Notes: generated from the sequence alone by a model not told the origin. A stretch of DNA of 64,000 nt from an uncultured Nitrospiraceae bacterium (GCA_963730935.1 CAVSTP010000002.1:320001-384000), one strand, 5' to 3'; shown: positions 30,171-40,424, counted from the first letter of the stretch. Made by a program: numbers and translations.

Positions 30171-30199
30171 GTCCCCTCCTGTCGGGTCCTGGTGAGGAG

Positions 30200-30261
30200 G
30201 GGCAGCGCCCGCGCCAGGAAACGCGAGCCGGCCAGGGGATCAAGCCCGACCGTTGCTGCCC
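30200..30261 (-). ncRNA. three-way-junction RNA, c4/CI-like antisense or leader switch candidate
   Basis: P1 GGGCAGC/GCTGCCC, P2 CGGTCGGG/CCTGGCCG, P3 GCTCGCG/CGCGGGC; segments complementary to sequence beside the downstream SD. Confidence 0.6.
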
Positions 30262-30362
30262 GAGGAGAATCATTTCACGCCGCGCACGTCAAGTGCGTGG
30301 CTAATCATGTCTACCTCAAGCGTTGTATAATCGCAACGCAAGGAACGCTCCAGAAGGAACAG

Positions 30363-30596
30363 ATGGGGAAAGGCGACAAAGGGAAACAGAAGTTCATGAT
30401 GGGCTTCCGGCCAGTCGTGCGAGCCCGTGAGGGCCGCATGCTTGGCATCCGTCAGCCACTAGACGGACCCATCTTCGAAACGATGAGAGATGCTGAGAAC
30501 TGGTGCATCCATGCCATGATCAGTCACTTCGATAGACGGCTTGGCATGTCGGATGCGACGATTGAACCGTTCAAAGGGATGGTGCTTTGTTTCTGA
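30363..30596 (+). CDS. small hypothetical protein (MGKGDKG family), intact copy
   Basis: RBS AAGGA before ATG 30363; homologous segments at 32369 and 34223. Confidence 0.7.
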   Translation: MGKGDKGKQKFMMGFRPVVRAREGRMLGIRQPLDGPIFETMRDAENWCIHAMISHFDRRLGMSDATIEPFKGMVLCF

Positions 30597-31066
30597 AGGA
30601 CGTCTAAGCACTGCAGCCGTTTTCCACGTGCTTATTTACCATTCCGAAGCCTGACTAGAGGTTCGGATTCTCATTCTGAATCGTTATGCATCAATTGCGA
30701 CCCTGCTTTTTCGGACTGGTTCTCATCACAATAGCCCGATGTTCCGGAGGGGAGGAGGGCAATCAAGGAAATCCTGGAGCGACGGTGTCATTGATGTGGG
30801 ATCCAGTTATTGATGCATTGCCGATCAGCTATACGGTGCATTATGGTAAGGAATCGCCTCGCAATGTCGGATCATGCAAGTACGAGTATTCTTTGAGCAC
30901 GTCCGAACCCTTTGCCACCATCACCGATCTTGAATTTGATGCGATCTACTACTTTGCCGTCAGTGCCTTCAACGGACTTCGCGGCCCTTGTTCCAACGAG
31001 CTAGTAAAAGTGACCGGAAAACCAGGACAGGACACACCACAAAGCCAATAACAACACTGTTCGGCT
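30394..31066 (+). repeat. 673-bp direct repeat, copy 1 (copy 2 at 34223-34895)
   Basis: offset 3829 bp; two substitutions seen near the 3' end. Confidence 0.95.
30686..31051 (+). CDS. fibronectin type III domain (lipo)protein, copy 1
   Basis: VSLMWDP...YTVHYG...ITDL....YYFAVSAFNG...SNE. Confidence 0.8.
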   Translation: MHQLRPCFFGLVLITIARCSGGEEGNQGNPGATVSLMWDPVIDALPISYTVHYGKESPRNVGSCKYEYSLSTSEPFATITDLEFDAIYYFAVSAFNGLRGPCSNELVKVTGKPGQDTPQSQ

Positions 31067-31436
31067 AGCACCCTAGTCAGTTGACCGAGTTGCAAAGGAC
31101 ACGGGTAGCCAGTAGCGACGCGAAACCAGGTACAGACGACGAGTAACTACACCCACAATATCCTCCCTAAATCTTCATCTAGCTTACGCGGACGGCAGCA
31201 ATCATGAAAATCCGTCCCCTATGGCGTCCTGTTCTTCAAGAAACAGATCCAAGTTCTCCATCACAACATCCCACCACGTGCCCCCATCTCCGAAGCAATC
31301 CGCTCAATGTGCGCTTTCAGTCGGTCGTCCCACTCGTGCGTCCACTTCCTGATGATGAGTTCTTGAATAGCTAGCTCGGATTCTGCTACTCGATTCATGT
31401 TTTCAACAGGGAACGTGAATCAATCTATTTCCATCT

Positions 31437-32021
31437 TTAATACTTATCTGCATGGGAGCCACCACGCACGCACCAGACATGCCTTGTCCCCGTCTTTCCC
31501 GAATCCCCAGTGGTGCCATCAAAGAAGCGAACTTCCCATGCTTGTGTCGGAATGAACGCTTGTCGGACATCGGTCGTGGATGACCAGTAGGCCGACTCGA
31601 AAAGTCCTCCGGTTTGGACATTTTGAAAGGGATGACCAGGAGGAAGAGCTGGTCCGGGGGCTGGGACGGTCGAATCAACCAAACTCGCCAACTCTTCAAT
31701 TAATGGAAGATGCCAGCCCATTCGACCTCCAACTTGTCGCAGCCAGCAGGTTCTGACCGCATCCTCCCATGAACGCGAATTTGTTTCTGGCGACTTTTCC
31801 CACACTAGCCCTGTCTCACGGTCCAACACTGCGGCATTTCCAAAATCTGGCAAGACAACAAATCGCCTGTTGGCGTTCACGATGATGTTGCTCCAAGATT
31901 TTAAGTGCGGCTGCGTCGCTGGATCGAGAGGATCGGAACCGAATGCTCCCAGAGGATTCAGAATGACTAGAATAGCGCCCATCGCGAATGGACTAAATGC
32001 ACGGATAAAGTTCTTTGTCAT
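31437..32021 (-). CDS. DUF1566 (Lcl C-terminal-like) exported protein
   Basis: VLDRETGLVWEK...W.DA...C...GWHLP.IEELASL...YWSSTT...WCVR. Confidence 0.85.
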   Translation of the reverse strand: MTKNFIRAFSPFAMGAILVILNPLGAFGSDPLDPATQPHLKSWSNIIVNANRRFVVLPDFGNAAVLDRETGLVWEKSPETNSRSWEDAVRTCWLRQVGGRMGWHLPLIEELASLVDSTVPAPGPALPPGHPFQNVQTGGLFESAYWSSTTDVRQAFIPTQAWEVRFFDGTTGDSGKTGTRHVWCVRGGSHADKY

Positions 32022-32368
32022 GATGTCCTCCAGTGGGAATGACTTTCATGAGCGGACCTTGGATTGGCTGCAAAAGCCAAGAGGCGCCTCTATAGCATTA
32101 ACAGAGCTTGGAAGGCTAGGATTCTTTATGGTGGAATAATTACGTGTATTTTTGGCAGTAGAGTCTTATTTGCCAGTTTCCTTTTGTTGAATCGAAGCTA
32201 TGATCGAAGTTATGCTTGATAGGCTGCTGCAGACAAGGATTCTCATCACTTTAACGGCTCGCCTTGATGCGTTGATCGCGGATCAAGGGTGGCTGTTGGA
32301 AGTCATCCGTAATAAACAGCCTGAGGCAGTTCGGATGGGGGAAGCACCTCGGCTAAGGAGAGAGACTG

Positions 32369-32524
32369 ATGGGGAAAGGCGATAAAGGCACACAAACCTT
32401 CATGGTTGGCTATCGCCCTTCCGTGTATGCCCGCGAAGGCCGCATGCTGGGGATCAGGCAACCCTTGGATGGACCAATCTTTGACACAGAACGAGATGCC
32501 GAGCACAATCGACCATCCCTCTGA
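32369..32524 (+). pseudogene. diverged, 3'-truncated MGKGDKG-family copy
   Basis: MGKGDKGTQTFMVGYRPSVYAREGRMLGIRQPLDGPIFDTERDAE, then homology ends; RBS AAGGAG. Confidence 0.75.
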
Positions 32525-32559
32525 ATGGCTCAATGTGAAGGAAGACAAGTAAGAAAGGA

Positions 32560-32712
32560 ATGGACCTTTTATTTCTCGAGGCCGCTGCTGCTTTCTCCAA
32601 GCATGCTGTGGTCTTGTTGGGCACGGGTACAGTCATTGCCGGCTACCGTGCATATCGTTTCGCTCTTCGGCGGGTCTTTGTGAACCTTGAGTCGACGCCA
32701 CTCAAAGCCTAG
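32560..32712 (+). CDS. 50-aa small membrane protein
   Basis: AAAGGA upstream; one hydrophobic stretch. Confidence 0.35.
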   Translation: MDLLFLEAAAAFSKHAVVLLGTGTVIAGYRAYRFALRRVFVNLESTPLKA

Positions 32713-32764
32713 TTTCATTGCACATGGGAGTCCCTATAGATGTGTGTAGGATTGTTGTTGTCTT

Positions 32765-33502
32765 CTACCGACCTGGAAACACCACCATTGATTCGCTCGG
32801 GACGACAATAGTGTCACCTGACTGCAACTCAAAGTTTTCATTGATTCCGGAGCGAAGCACAATTTCATCGTAACTAGCTGTCAACCGCTTCATGCCAGGC
32901 GCACTTTCCGTGAACCGGAAGATGACGATTTGATTTCTGGCAGCGGTCGGGTTGAATCCTCCGGCTATCGTAATACTCTGTAACAATGTCGTTCTGCTCT
33001 TGAGGGGAAATTTGCCGGAAGTTTTCACTTCCCCAAGCACAAAAAAATTCGAGCTATTGACCTCTTTCAAGCTTACTGCGACGACAGGATTTTGCACGTA
33101 CTCCTTCAGCTTAATGGTCATTTCTTCAGCTAATTGCGTGGGCGTTTTTCCAACAGCGACGATGTCACGAATGATCGGCAGGGACGCTCGCCCATCCGGA
33201 CGAACTTGGACGACCTTGGACAGGTCTGGATTTCTCCATACCGTGATGTCCAGCATATCTTCTGCTCCGATGATGTACTCGCTGCTGACGGCGTTTGAGA
33301 GTTTTTCCATCACTTGCGCAGGAAGACTGGCATCCTTGTTTATCGGAAAGGTTTTTTCGTTAGACGCAGAAGATGGCGCATCAGCCGGCGTTTTAGCTGG
33401 ACTGACTGCGACCATGGGGGCAGACTCTGAAAATCCAACACTCGGAGCCCAGATCACCGAGAGCAACACCATTAATACGAATAATGCGCGTGCCATAAAC
33501 AT
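32765..33502 (-). CDS. polysaccharide biosynthesis/export family protein (Poly_export + SLBB)
   Basis: YIIGAEDMLDITVW...VRPDGRASLP...VLGEV...AGGF...LQSGDTIVVP. Confidence 0.9.
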   Translation of the reverse strand: MFMARALFVLMVLLSVIWAPSVGFSESAPMVAVSPAKTPADAPSSASNEKTFPINKDASLPAQVMEKLSNAVSSEYIIGAEDMLDITVWRNPDLSKVVQVRPDGRASLPIIRDIVAVGKTPTQLAEEMTIKLKEYVQNPVVAVSLKEVNSSNFFVLGEVKTSGKFPLKSRTTLLQSITIAGGFNPTAARNQIVIFRFTESAPGMKRLTASYDEIVLRSGINENFELQSGDTIVVPSESMVVFPGR

Positions 33503-33888
33503 TCGCCCTCCTGTCTTTGCAGCAACCCCTGTTTGAGAATGCTGCGTATCTCAGTCGCTGACAAATGTGCGTACCGGCTCATCACGCCTGACAAAGCTCC
33601 AACTCGCTCGTTATGAACAAGCCGACAGAGATGACAGACAAGAAGAGGGTTCAAGTTAGAATAAGGTTCGCAGACTAACCCGTCAATGACCAGTCTTTCA
33701 TTGCTCACGTTCAAGAAGGGCTAGCAAAGACCCTTGATTGCGATTACTCAAAGCCTAGATCCACTAGGATGGCTGAAATGGGCCACCATCCCAACGTAGA
33801 ACAAGTAGCCTGCCTCTGGTATGGTCGAGATTCCATCCGAGTCGTCACCCCGAGTCGTCACCTTTTAGTTTTTAAACTTGGGTCACCT

Positions 33889-34222
33889 ATGAATTATTTA
33901 GAAGGTTCTGTTTGGAGGAAATGGGACTTACATGTGCACACGCCGGCGTCAATCGGCCACCACTACAGTATTGAGGCGAAGATCCATGGCACACTTTCAT
34001 AGACCAGTTAGAACAACTACCGGCCGACATCAAGGTTCTCGGAGTAAACGATTATATTTTTATAGATGGCTATAAAAGACTGCGCCAGGAAAAGGCACAG
34101 GGAAGAATCCCTAATATAGATCTTCTATTGCCTGTCATAGAACTGAGACTGGATAAATTTGGAGGATCACCAGGTCATCTAAGCCGAGTGAACTATCATG
34201 TCATTTTCTCAGACGACGTTGC
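33889..34222 (+). pseudogene. N-terminal PHP domain of a TrlF/Ppl-like PHP-ATPase, frameshifted and truncated
   Basis: GSVWRKWDLHVHTP, then in another frame VLGVNDYIFIDGY...PVIELRL...VNYHVIFSD; cut at repeat copy 2. Confidence 0.75.
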
Positions 34223-34895
34223 TCATGATGGGCTTCCGGCCAGTCGTGCGAGCCCGTGAGGGCCGCATGCTTGGCATCCGTCAGCCACTAGACGGACCCA
34301 TCTTCGAAACGATGAGAGATGCTGAGAACTGGTGCATCCATGCCATGATCAGTCACTTCGATAGACGGCTTGGCATGTCGGATGCGACGATTGAACCGTT
34401 CAAAGGGATGGTGCTTTGTTTCTGAAGGACGTCTAAGCACTGCAGCCGTTTTCCACGTGCTTATTTACCATTCCGAAGCCTGACTAGAGGTTCGGATTCT
34501 CATTCTGAATCGTTATGCATCAATTGCGACCCTGCTTTTTCGGACTGGTTCTCATCACAATAGCCCGATGTTCCGGAGGGGAGGAGGGCAATCAAGGAAA
34601 TCCTGGAGCGACGGTGTCATTGATGTGGGATCCAGTTATTGATGCATTGCCGATCAGCTATACGGTGCATTATGGTAAGGAATCGCCTCGCAATGTCGGA
34701 TCATGCAAGTACGAGTATTCTTTGAGCACGTCCGAACCCTTTGCCACCATCACCGATCTTGAATTTGATGCGATCTACTACTTTGCCGTCAGTGCCTTCA
34801 ACGGACTTCGCGGCCCTTGTTCCAACGAGCTAGTAAAAGTGACCGGAAAACCGGGACAGAACACACCACAAAGCCAATAACAACACTGTTCGGCT
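34223..34895 (+). repeat. 673-bp direct repeat, copy 2
   Basis: see copy 1. Confidence 0.95.
34515..34880 (+). CDS. fibronectin type III domain (lipo)protein, copy 2
   Basis: identical to copy 1 except one D->N. Confidence 0.8.
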   Translation: MHQLRPCFFGLVLITIARCSGGEEGNQGNPGATVSLMWDPVIDALPISYTVHYGKESPRNVGSCKYEYSLSTSEPFATITDLEFDAIYYFAVSAFNGLRGPCSNELVKVTGKPGQNTPQSQ

Positions 34896-34993
34896 GTTCC
34901 GCTGTGTGCCGCTGCGTTCCGCCGTGTTTTCCACATATCATATGCTGTCAAGTGCTAGTACCTATCGAGGACACCGTGCTATGCTCCCGCGCC

Positions 34994-35182
34994 ATGGCAA
35001 AAAAGACAGAAGTTGAAAAGGGGGGGGCCTGGATCTTCCGAGACATCCCCCGCGATCTGATGAAGCGCGCAAAGATCGCCGCCGCTGTCGAGGGCAAAAC
35101 GATTAAGGCGCTGGTGCTCGAGGCGCTTGAAGGAAAGATCCAGGAACTCGAGAAGAAGGGATTACTTCCCAAAGGTAAGTAA
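34994..35182 (+). CDS. ribbon-helix-helix DNA-binding protein
   Basis: WIFRDIPRDLMKRAKIAAAVEGKTIKALVLEAL; TATGCT just upstream of the ATG. Confidence 0.75.
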   Translation: MAKKTEVEKGGAWIFRDIPRDLMKRAKIAAAVEGKTIKALVLEALEGKIQELEKKGLLPKGK

Positions 35183-35184
35183 GA

Positions 35185-35385
35185 ATGACCACGCAGCCCC
35201 GTCCCACAATCAACTATCCAAAGAACTGCGGACATCAGGCCTGTACGTGTCAGGCACGGGAACATAGCTCGTTTTGTAGTGATGCCTGCGAGCAGGCCTC
35301 ACCGCCTCTCCCAGGAGCCACCTGCCCGTGCGAGCATCCTGGCTGTGAGAAGTCATCTGTCGCTGAAAGCAGCGGATTCGGCTGA
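35185..35385 (+). CDS. bacterial metallothionein-like protein
   Basis: CGHQACTC...FCSDAC...CPCEHPGC. Confidence 0.7.
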   Translation: MTTQPRPTINYPKNCGHQACTCQAREHSSFCSDACEQASPPLPGATCPCEHPGCEKSSVAESSGFG

Positions 35386-35486
35386 CTTCTCGTCGTTAAA
35401 CCCTCATCGTTTACCAATCACGGCCACCCTTATTTCGCTTAATTCGTTAAATTCGCCAATGGGCTTGGAAAGTTGTGTGCTCATAG

Positions 35487-35561
35487 ACACGGACACTTTC
35501 ACGGACACCGGAACCATTTTTCGCGGTTCCGGGCAGTCTTGGAAGATGGAAGTGATTGATT
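35487..35561 (+). promoter_or_regulatory. att-arm region: CACGGACA pair, hairpin and IHF-like site
   Basis: aCACGGACActttCACGGACAcc; CCGGAACC/GGTTCCGG hairpin; gAAgtgaTTGATT is one mismatch from the IHF consensus. Confidence 0.55.
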
Positions 35562-35565
35562 TAAT

Positions 35566-35642
35566 TGGTGCGCCCGGCAGGAATTGAACCTGCGACCTGC
35601 GGGTTCGAAGCCCGACGCTCTATCCAACTGAGCTACGGGCGC
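35566..35642 (-). tRNA. tRNA-Arg (anticodon TCG)
   Basis: GCGCCCG TAGCTCAGTTGGATAGAGC...CT-TCG-AA...GGTTCAATTCC...CGGGCGC A CCA. Confidence 0.95.
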
Positions 35643-35697
35643 CCGAAGCTATTTCAAGCACTTTTCCCAAGAAATTGTCAAGGATAGGTGCAGGTGG

Positions 35698-36198
35698 TCA
35701 GAGCTGCCTCAGAATAGTTGTTGCCAATTCGTCGACCGACCGGCCGTCCGTGGCGATAGTCAGGTCAGCCGCGGCCTGATATTTTGGCGTTCGTTCAGTG
35801 AGGACATCTCGAATCTCTTCCACATGGGACTTCGTACCGGTGAGCGACGGTCGCTTGGTATCGCCGCCGATTCGGGCTGCGATGGTCTCCACCGAAGCCG
35901 TCAGCCAAATCAGCCGTCCGTTGCGCTTGAAGACCTCCACGTTTTGCTGACGTAAAATCGCGCCCCCTCCTGTATCGATAACGAGGTTGTTCTGTCCCGC
36001 AAGTTCCTGGCAGACAGCGCTCTCTAGATCGCGAAAGTAGTCCCAACCATGAGCGGCGACAATATCGGGGATTGACGAGCCTGCGCGCCGGACGATTTCT
36101 CTATCGGTCGAGACGAGGGGACGGCCAAGCCGGGCCGCCACAACTTTTCCCACGGTGCTCTTGCCGGTCCCTCGGTACCCGATCAGGACAACGTTCAT
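35698..36198 (-). CDS. aroK: shikimate kinase
   Basis: IGYRGTGKSTVG, FRDLE, TGGG, RPSL. Confidence 0.95.
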   Translation of the reverse strand: MNVVLIGYRGTGKSTVGKVVAARLGRPLVSTDREIVRRAGSSIPDIVAAHGWDYFRDLESAVCQELAGQNNLVIDTGGGAILRQQNVEVFKRNGRLIWLTASVETIAARIGGDTKRPSLTGTKSHVEEIRDVLTERTPKYQAAADLTIATDGRSVDELATTILRQL

Positions 36199-36232
36199 CG
36201 CCTACCATGAGCTGATGGCCGACCGCAGGTCA

Positions 36233-37096
36233 TCATTTCAGGCGGGACTCCAACACGGCACGCATGACGTGCGTGGGAGCGGATTGGCCTGTCCAGCGTT
36301 CGAACTGCGCCGCGGCCTGATAGAGGAACATTTCAAGGCCAGAAATCGTCCGGCAGCCGGCAGCCTTCGCATCGGTAAGCAGCTGGGTGTCGCGGGGATT
36401 ATAGACAATATCCATGACCGTCAGGCCGGGATGGAGGAGATGAGTCGGCACACAGCTCATGCCAGTCTTTGGCGACATGCCGATCGGCGTACAGTGAACC
36501 AACACTCGGGCCTCCGCCAGGGCGGTCTTGAGAGACTGCTCTTCGAGAAAAGCGTCCTCGACCTGTACGGCCGTCTTCTGCATCAAATCCGAGGCCAGCC
36601 CTCGTCGTTCCTGATCCTCGATCCCCAAAAGATGCATGCGGGCAATCCCGGCCTCTGTTGCAAGCGCAAATGCGATCGCGCGCGCCGCTCCCCCTGAACC
36701 GAGGATGACCACGGGTTCGCCGCTCAGCGGAGCATTTCCCTCTTTCAACGCACGAAGTGCACCGGTGGCATCGGTGTTTGCGCCGAGTAATTTCCCGTTC
36801 TGCGAGACGATGGTATTGATGGCGCCGATGTGGCGTGCCATCGTTTCTACTTCGTCTAGACAGGGCAGAACCGCCACCTTATGCGGAATGGTCACGCTCG
36901 CACCGCGAAAATTGCCAAGTGCCCGGAGCCCCTTGACGGCATCCCCGATGGCTTCGACCTTCCAGGCCAGATAGACAAAGTTGAGGCCGAGCGTTTGAAA
37001 GGCCGCGTTGTGAATCACGGGGGAGAGGGAATGCTCGATAGGGTTTCCAATCACCCCGCAAAATTGCGTCGTGGCATCGATCTCCATCGCGTTCAT
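36233..37096 (-). CDS. aroE: shikimate dehydrogenase
   Basis: GNPIEHSLSP, SVTIPHK, GAINT, NTD, GSGGAARA. Confidence 0.95.
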   Translation of the reverse strand: MNAMEIDATTQFCGVIGNPIEHSLSPVIHNAAFQTLGLNFVYLAWKVEAIGDAVKGLRALGNFRGASVTIPHKVAVLPCLDEVETMARHIGAINTIVSQNGKLLGANTDATGALRALKEGNAPLSGEPVVILGSGGAARAIAFALATEAGIARMHLLGIEDQERRGLASDLMQKTAVQVEDAFLEEQSLKTALAEARVLVHCTPIGMSPKTGMSCVPTHLLHPGLTVMDIVYNPRDTQLLTDAKAAGCRTISGLEMFLYQAAAQFERWTGQSAPTHVMRAVLESRLK

Positions 37097-37854
37097 CCCT
37101 TGGACACGGTCATACCGCCGTCGATCGTGAATGTCCCACCCGTCACCCATCCCGCTTCGTCGGACGCCAGGTACAGCACCATATTCGCGACTTCTTCTGG
37201 GGTGCCAGGCCGTCGTAGGGCATAGTGATTGAGAATCGGTTGAAGCATATCCGGATTGGCCATCAGAGGAGCGGCCATCGGCGTGTCGATCAAACCGGGA
37301 TTGACGATGTTGCAGCGAATCCCGTCCTTGGCATAATCGATCGCAAGCGCGCGCGTAAGGGCATCGACGCCCCCCTTCGTAGCCGCGTAGGCCGGGGCGC
37401 CGGGAATACCGACTAGGCTCGCGACCGAGGAAATGTTCACAATCGCACCGCGGCCTTGCTTGAGCATCTGAGGAACAACGGCCCTGGTCATGCGGAAAAC
37501 ACCCGTCAGGTTCACATCAAGAAGCGTCGCCCACGTGGCGTCGTCTGTTTCATGAATGCGCTTCCCGAAGTCTCCGATTCCGGCATTGTTGACCAGGATG
37601 TCGATGCGTCCGAAGCTGTCGAGTGTCCGCTGCATCACGTCCCGTACATGCAGCTCGTCAGTCACCGACCCTGCGACAGCCAAACCTTTACCTTTGTTAT
37701 GTCTGATCCCACTCATCACACGGTCGAGCTCCGATTGCCTTCGGCCGGTGATGACCACCGCAGCCCCTTCCGCGGCGAAGCGCTTAGCGACCGCTTCTCC
37801 GATGCCCGCATTGCCGCCGGTCACGATGGCCACCTTCCCCTCTAGTCGGTTCAT
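37093..37854 (-). CDS. short-chain dehydrogenase/reductase
   Basis: TGGNAGIG, NNAG, YAATK. Confidence 0.95.
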   Translation of the reverse strand: MNRLEGKVAIVTGGNAGIGEAVAKRFAAEGAAVVITGRRQSELDRVMSGIRHNKGKGLAVAGSVTDELHVRDVMQRTLDSFGRIDILVNNAGIGDFGKRIHETDDATWATLLDVNLTGVFRMTRAVVPQMLKQGRGAIVNISSVASLVGIPGAPAYAATKGGVDALTRALAIDYAKDGIRCNIVNPGLIDTPMAAPLMANPDMLQPILNHYALRRPGTPEEVANMVLYLASDEAGWVTGGTFTIDGGMTVSKG

Positions 37855-38726
37855 CGCGTCTCGTCCTTTCCGTTTTCCTCCGCTGGCCCGTCGTCTTCAG
37901 GACCCGACGGCGTAGTCCCACGTGACCAGAAACCCGGCTCCACCTTTCTTGCTACCGTGAGGAATCCGGAATGCGCAACCATCCGATGATCCGGTCGAAC
38001 GCTGCGCCCTTGGACCGACCAGGTACGAAGGAGAGTTTCAAAGGTCTCGACCATGGCAAACACGGCAGCGTGTTGCAACGCCGCCACGGTCTGCTGAACC
38101 TGAGGTACGGTGGGGACAAAGCTCAGATAGATCCCGCCCGATCTCAGCACTCGTGCGGCGTGTGGCACCACCTGCCAGGGCTCAGGAAGATCCAACACGA
38201 CACGATCAAAAGGCACTCCGTCGTCCAGAAGTTGGATCCCTTGATACGCATTGTTCCGGAGCGCAACAAGATTCGGGACTGCGCCCATATACCGTTCGAT
38301 ATTGAGTCTTGCCGTTCTTGCAAAATCTTCCCGAGCTTCATATGTGACCACGAGGCCTCGTGGTCCGACAGCCCGAAGCAGCGCCATGGTTAGGGCACCC
38401 GACCCGGTGCCTGCTTCAAACACCCGCGCGCCTGGATAGACATCGGCCCACATCTGGATGAGAGCCAGATCTTTGGGATACAGCACTTGTGCGCCTCGAG
38501 GCATTTTCAAGACGTAATCCCCGAAGGTCGGGCGCAGGGCCAGCATCGACTTACCGCCAGAAAGCGTCACGATCGAACCATCCACCTTATCGATGAGAGC
38601 GTCGTGCGCAATTTTGTGACCGCTCAGTTGATAGAAATCGCCGGCTTTGAGCGTCAAGGCGTAGTGGCGGCCCTTCGCATCGACGAGATGAATGCGTTCG
38701 CCGTTCTGCAATCGAGCATGTGACAT
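37851..38726 (-). CDS. trmI: tRNA (adenine-58-N1)-methyltransferase
   Basis: MPRGAQVLYPKD, EAGTGSG, LDLPEPW, RPDHRMVAHSGF. Confidence 0.92.
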   Translation of the reverse strand: MSHARLQNGERIHLVDAKGRHYALTLKAGDFYQLSGHKIAHDALIDKVDGSIVTLSGGKSMLALRPTFGDYVLKMPRGAQVLYPKDLALIQMWADVYPGARVFEAGTGSGALTMALLRAVGPRGLVVTYEAREDFARTARLNIERYMGAVPNLVALRNNAYQGIQLLDDGVPFDRVVLDLPEPWQVVPHAARVLRSGGIYLSFVPTVPQVQQTVAALQHAAVFAMVETFETLLRTWSVQGRSVRPDHRMVAHSGFLTVARKVEPGFWSRGTTPSGPEDDGPAEENGKDETR

Positions 38727-39148
38727 GACGCGCCATTCTAGAAGCGGACCGGCGGCTTTTCAACAACAGCGCGGATGGCCCTCCGGTCCTTTCCCCTTCT
38801 GATGTATCGCGCATCGCATGACATTTTAAGGCCGGCTGACAACTTATCCCGCATGTGACAAATCTGCCCGGCCCTATCTCAAACCCTACACATTCGCAGC
38901 AGGATTGCCTCAGGACGCATCAACCCTTCTTCATTAAGTCCTTCTAATAGTCCCAATATTTCATGACGATCGCGAAGAAAAATTCTCATGATCAATCCAG
39001 CATAGGAATTGCTGCGTAGATACCTGCAGCGGACAGGAGTGAATCTTTTGCAGCGGGATTGCCTCTCAGTAAAGGAGACTTAATGAAATATGGTCATCGA
39101 GAACGTACCGGGGGCCGCTGAGAGAAGAAGGTTGAGGAGGATGATCAC

Positions 39149-40402
<1,254 letters not shown>

Positions 40403-40424
40403 CACATCGAACAAGGGCGATGAC

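Larger units (their letters stand above)
24049..35565 (-). mobile_element. phage-satellite-like integrative element adjacent to the tRNA-Arg 3' end (left boundary approximate)
   Basis: integrase, Xis, TerS-like, helicase, Zn-finger, iterons; CACGGACA pairs at both ends; no capsid, tail or conjugation genes. Confidence 0.75.

Noticed and set aside
31437..32021. DUF1566 protein as a diversity-generating retroelement target
   Set aside because: No reverse transcriptase and no template-repeat copy of its 3' end seen in the window; the 673-bp repeat has only two substitutions and does not include this gene
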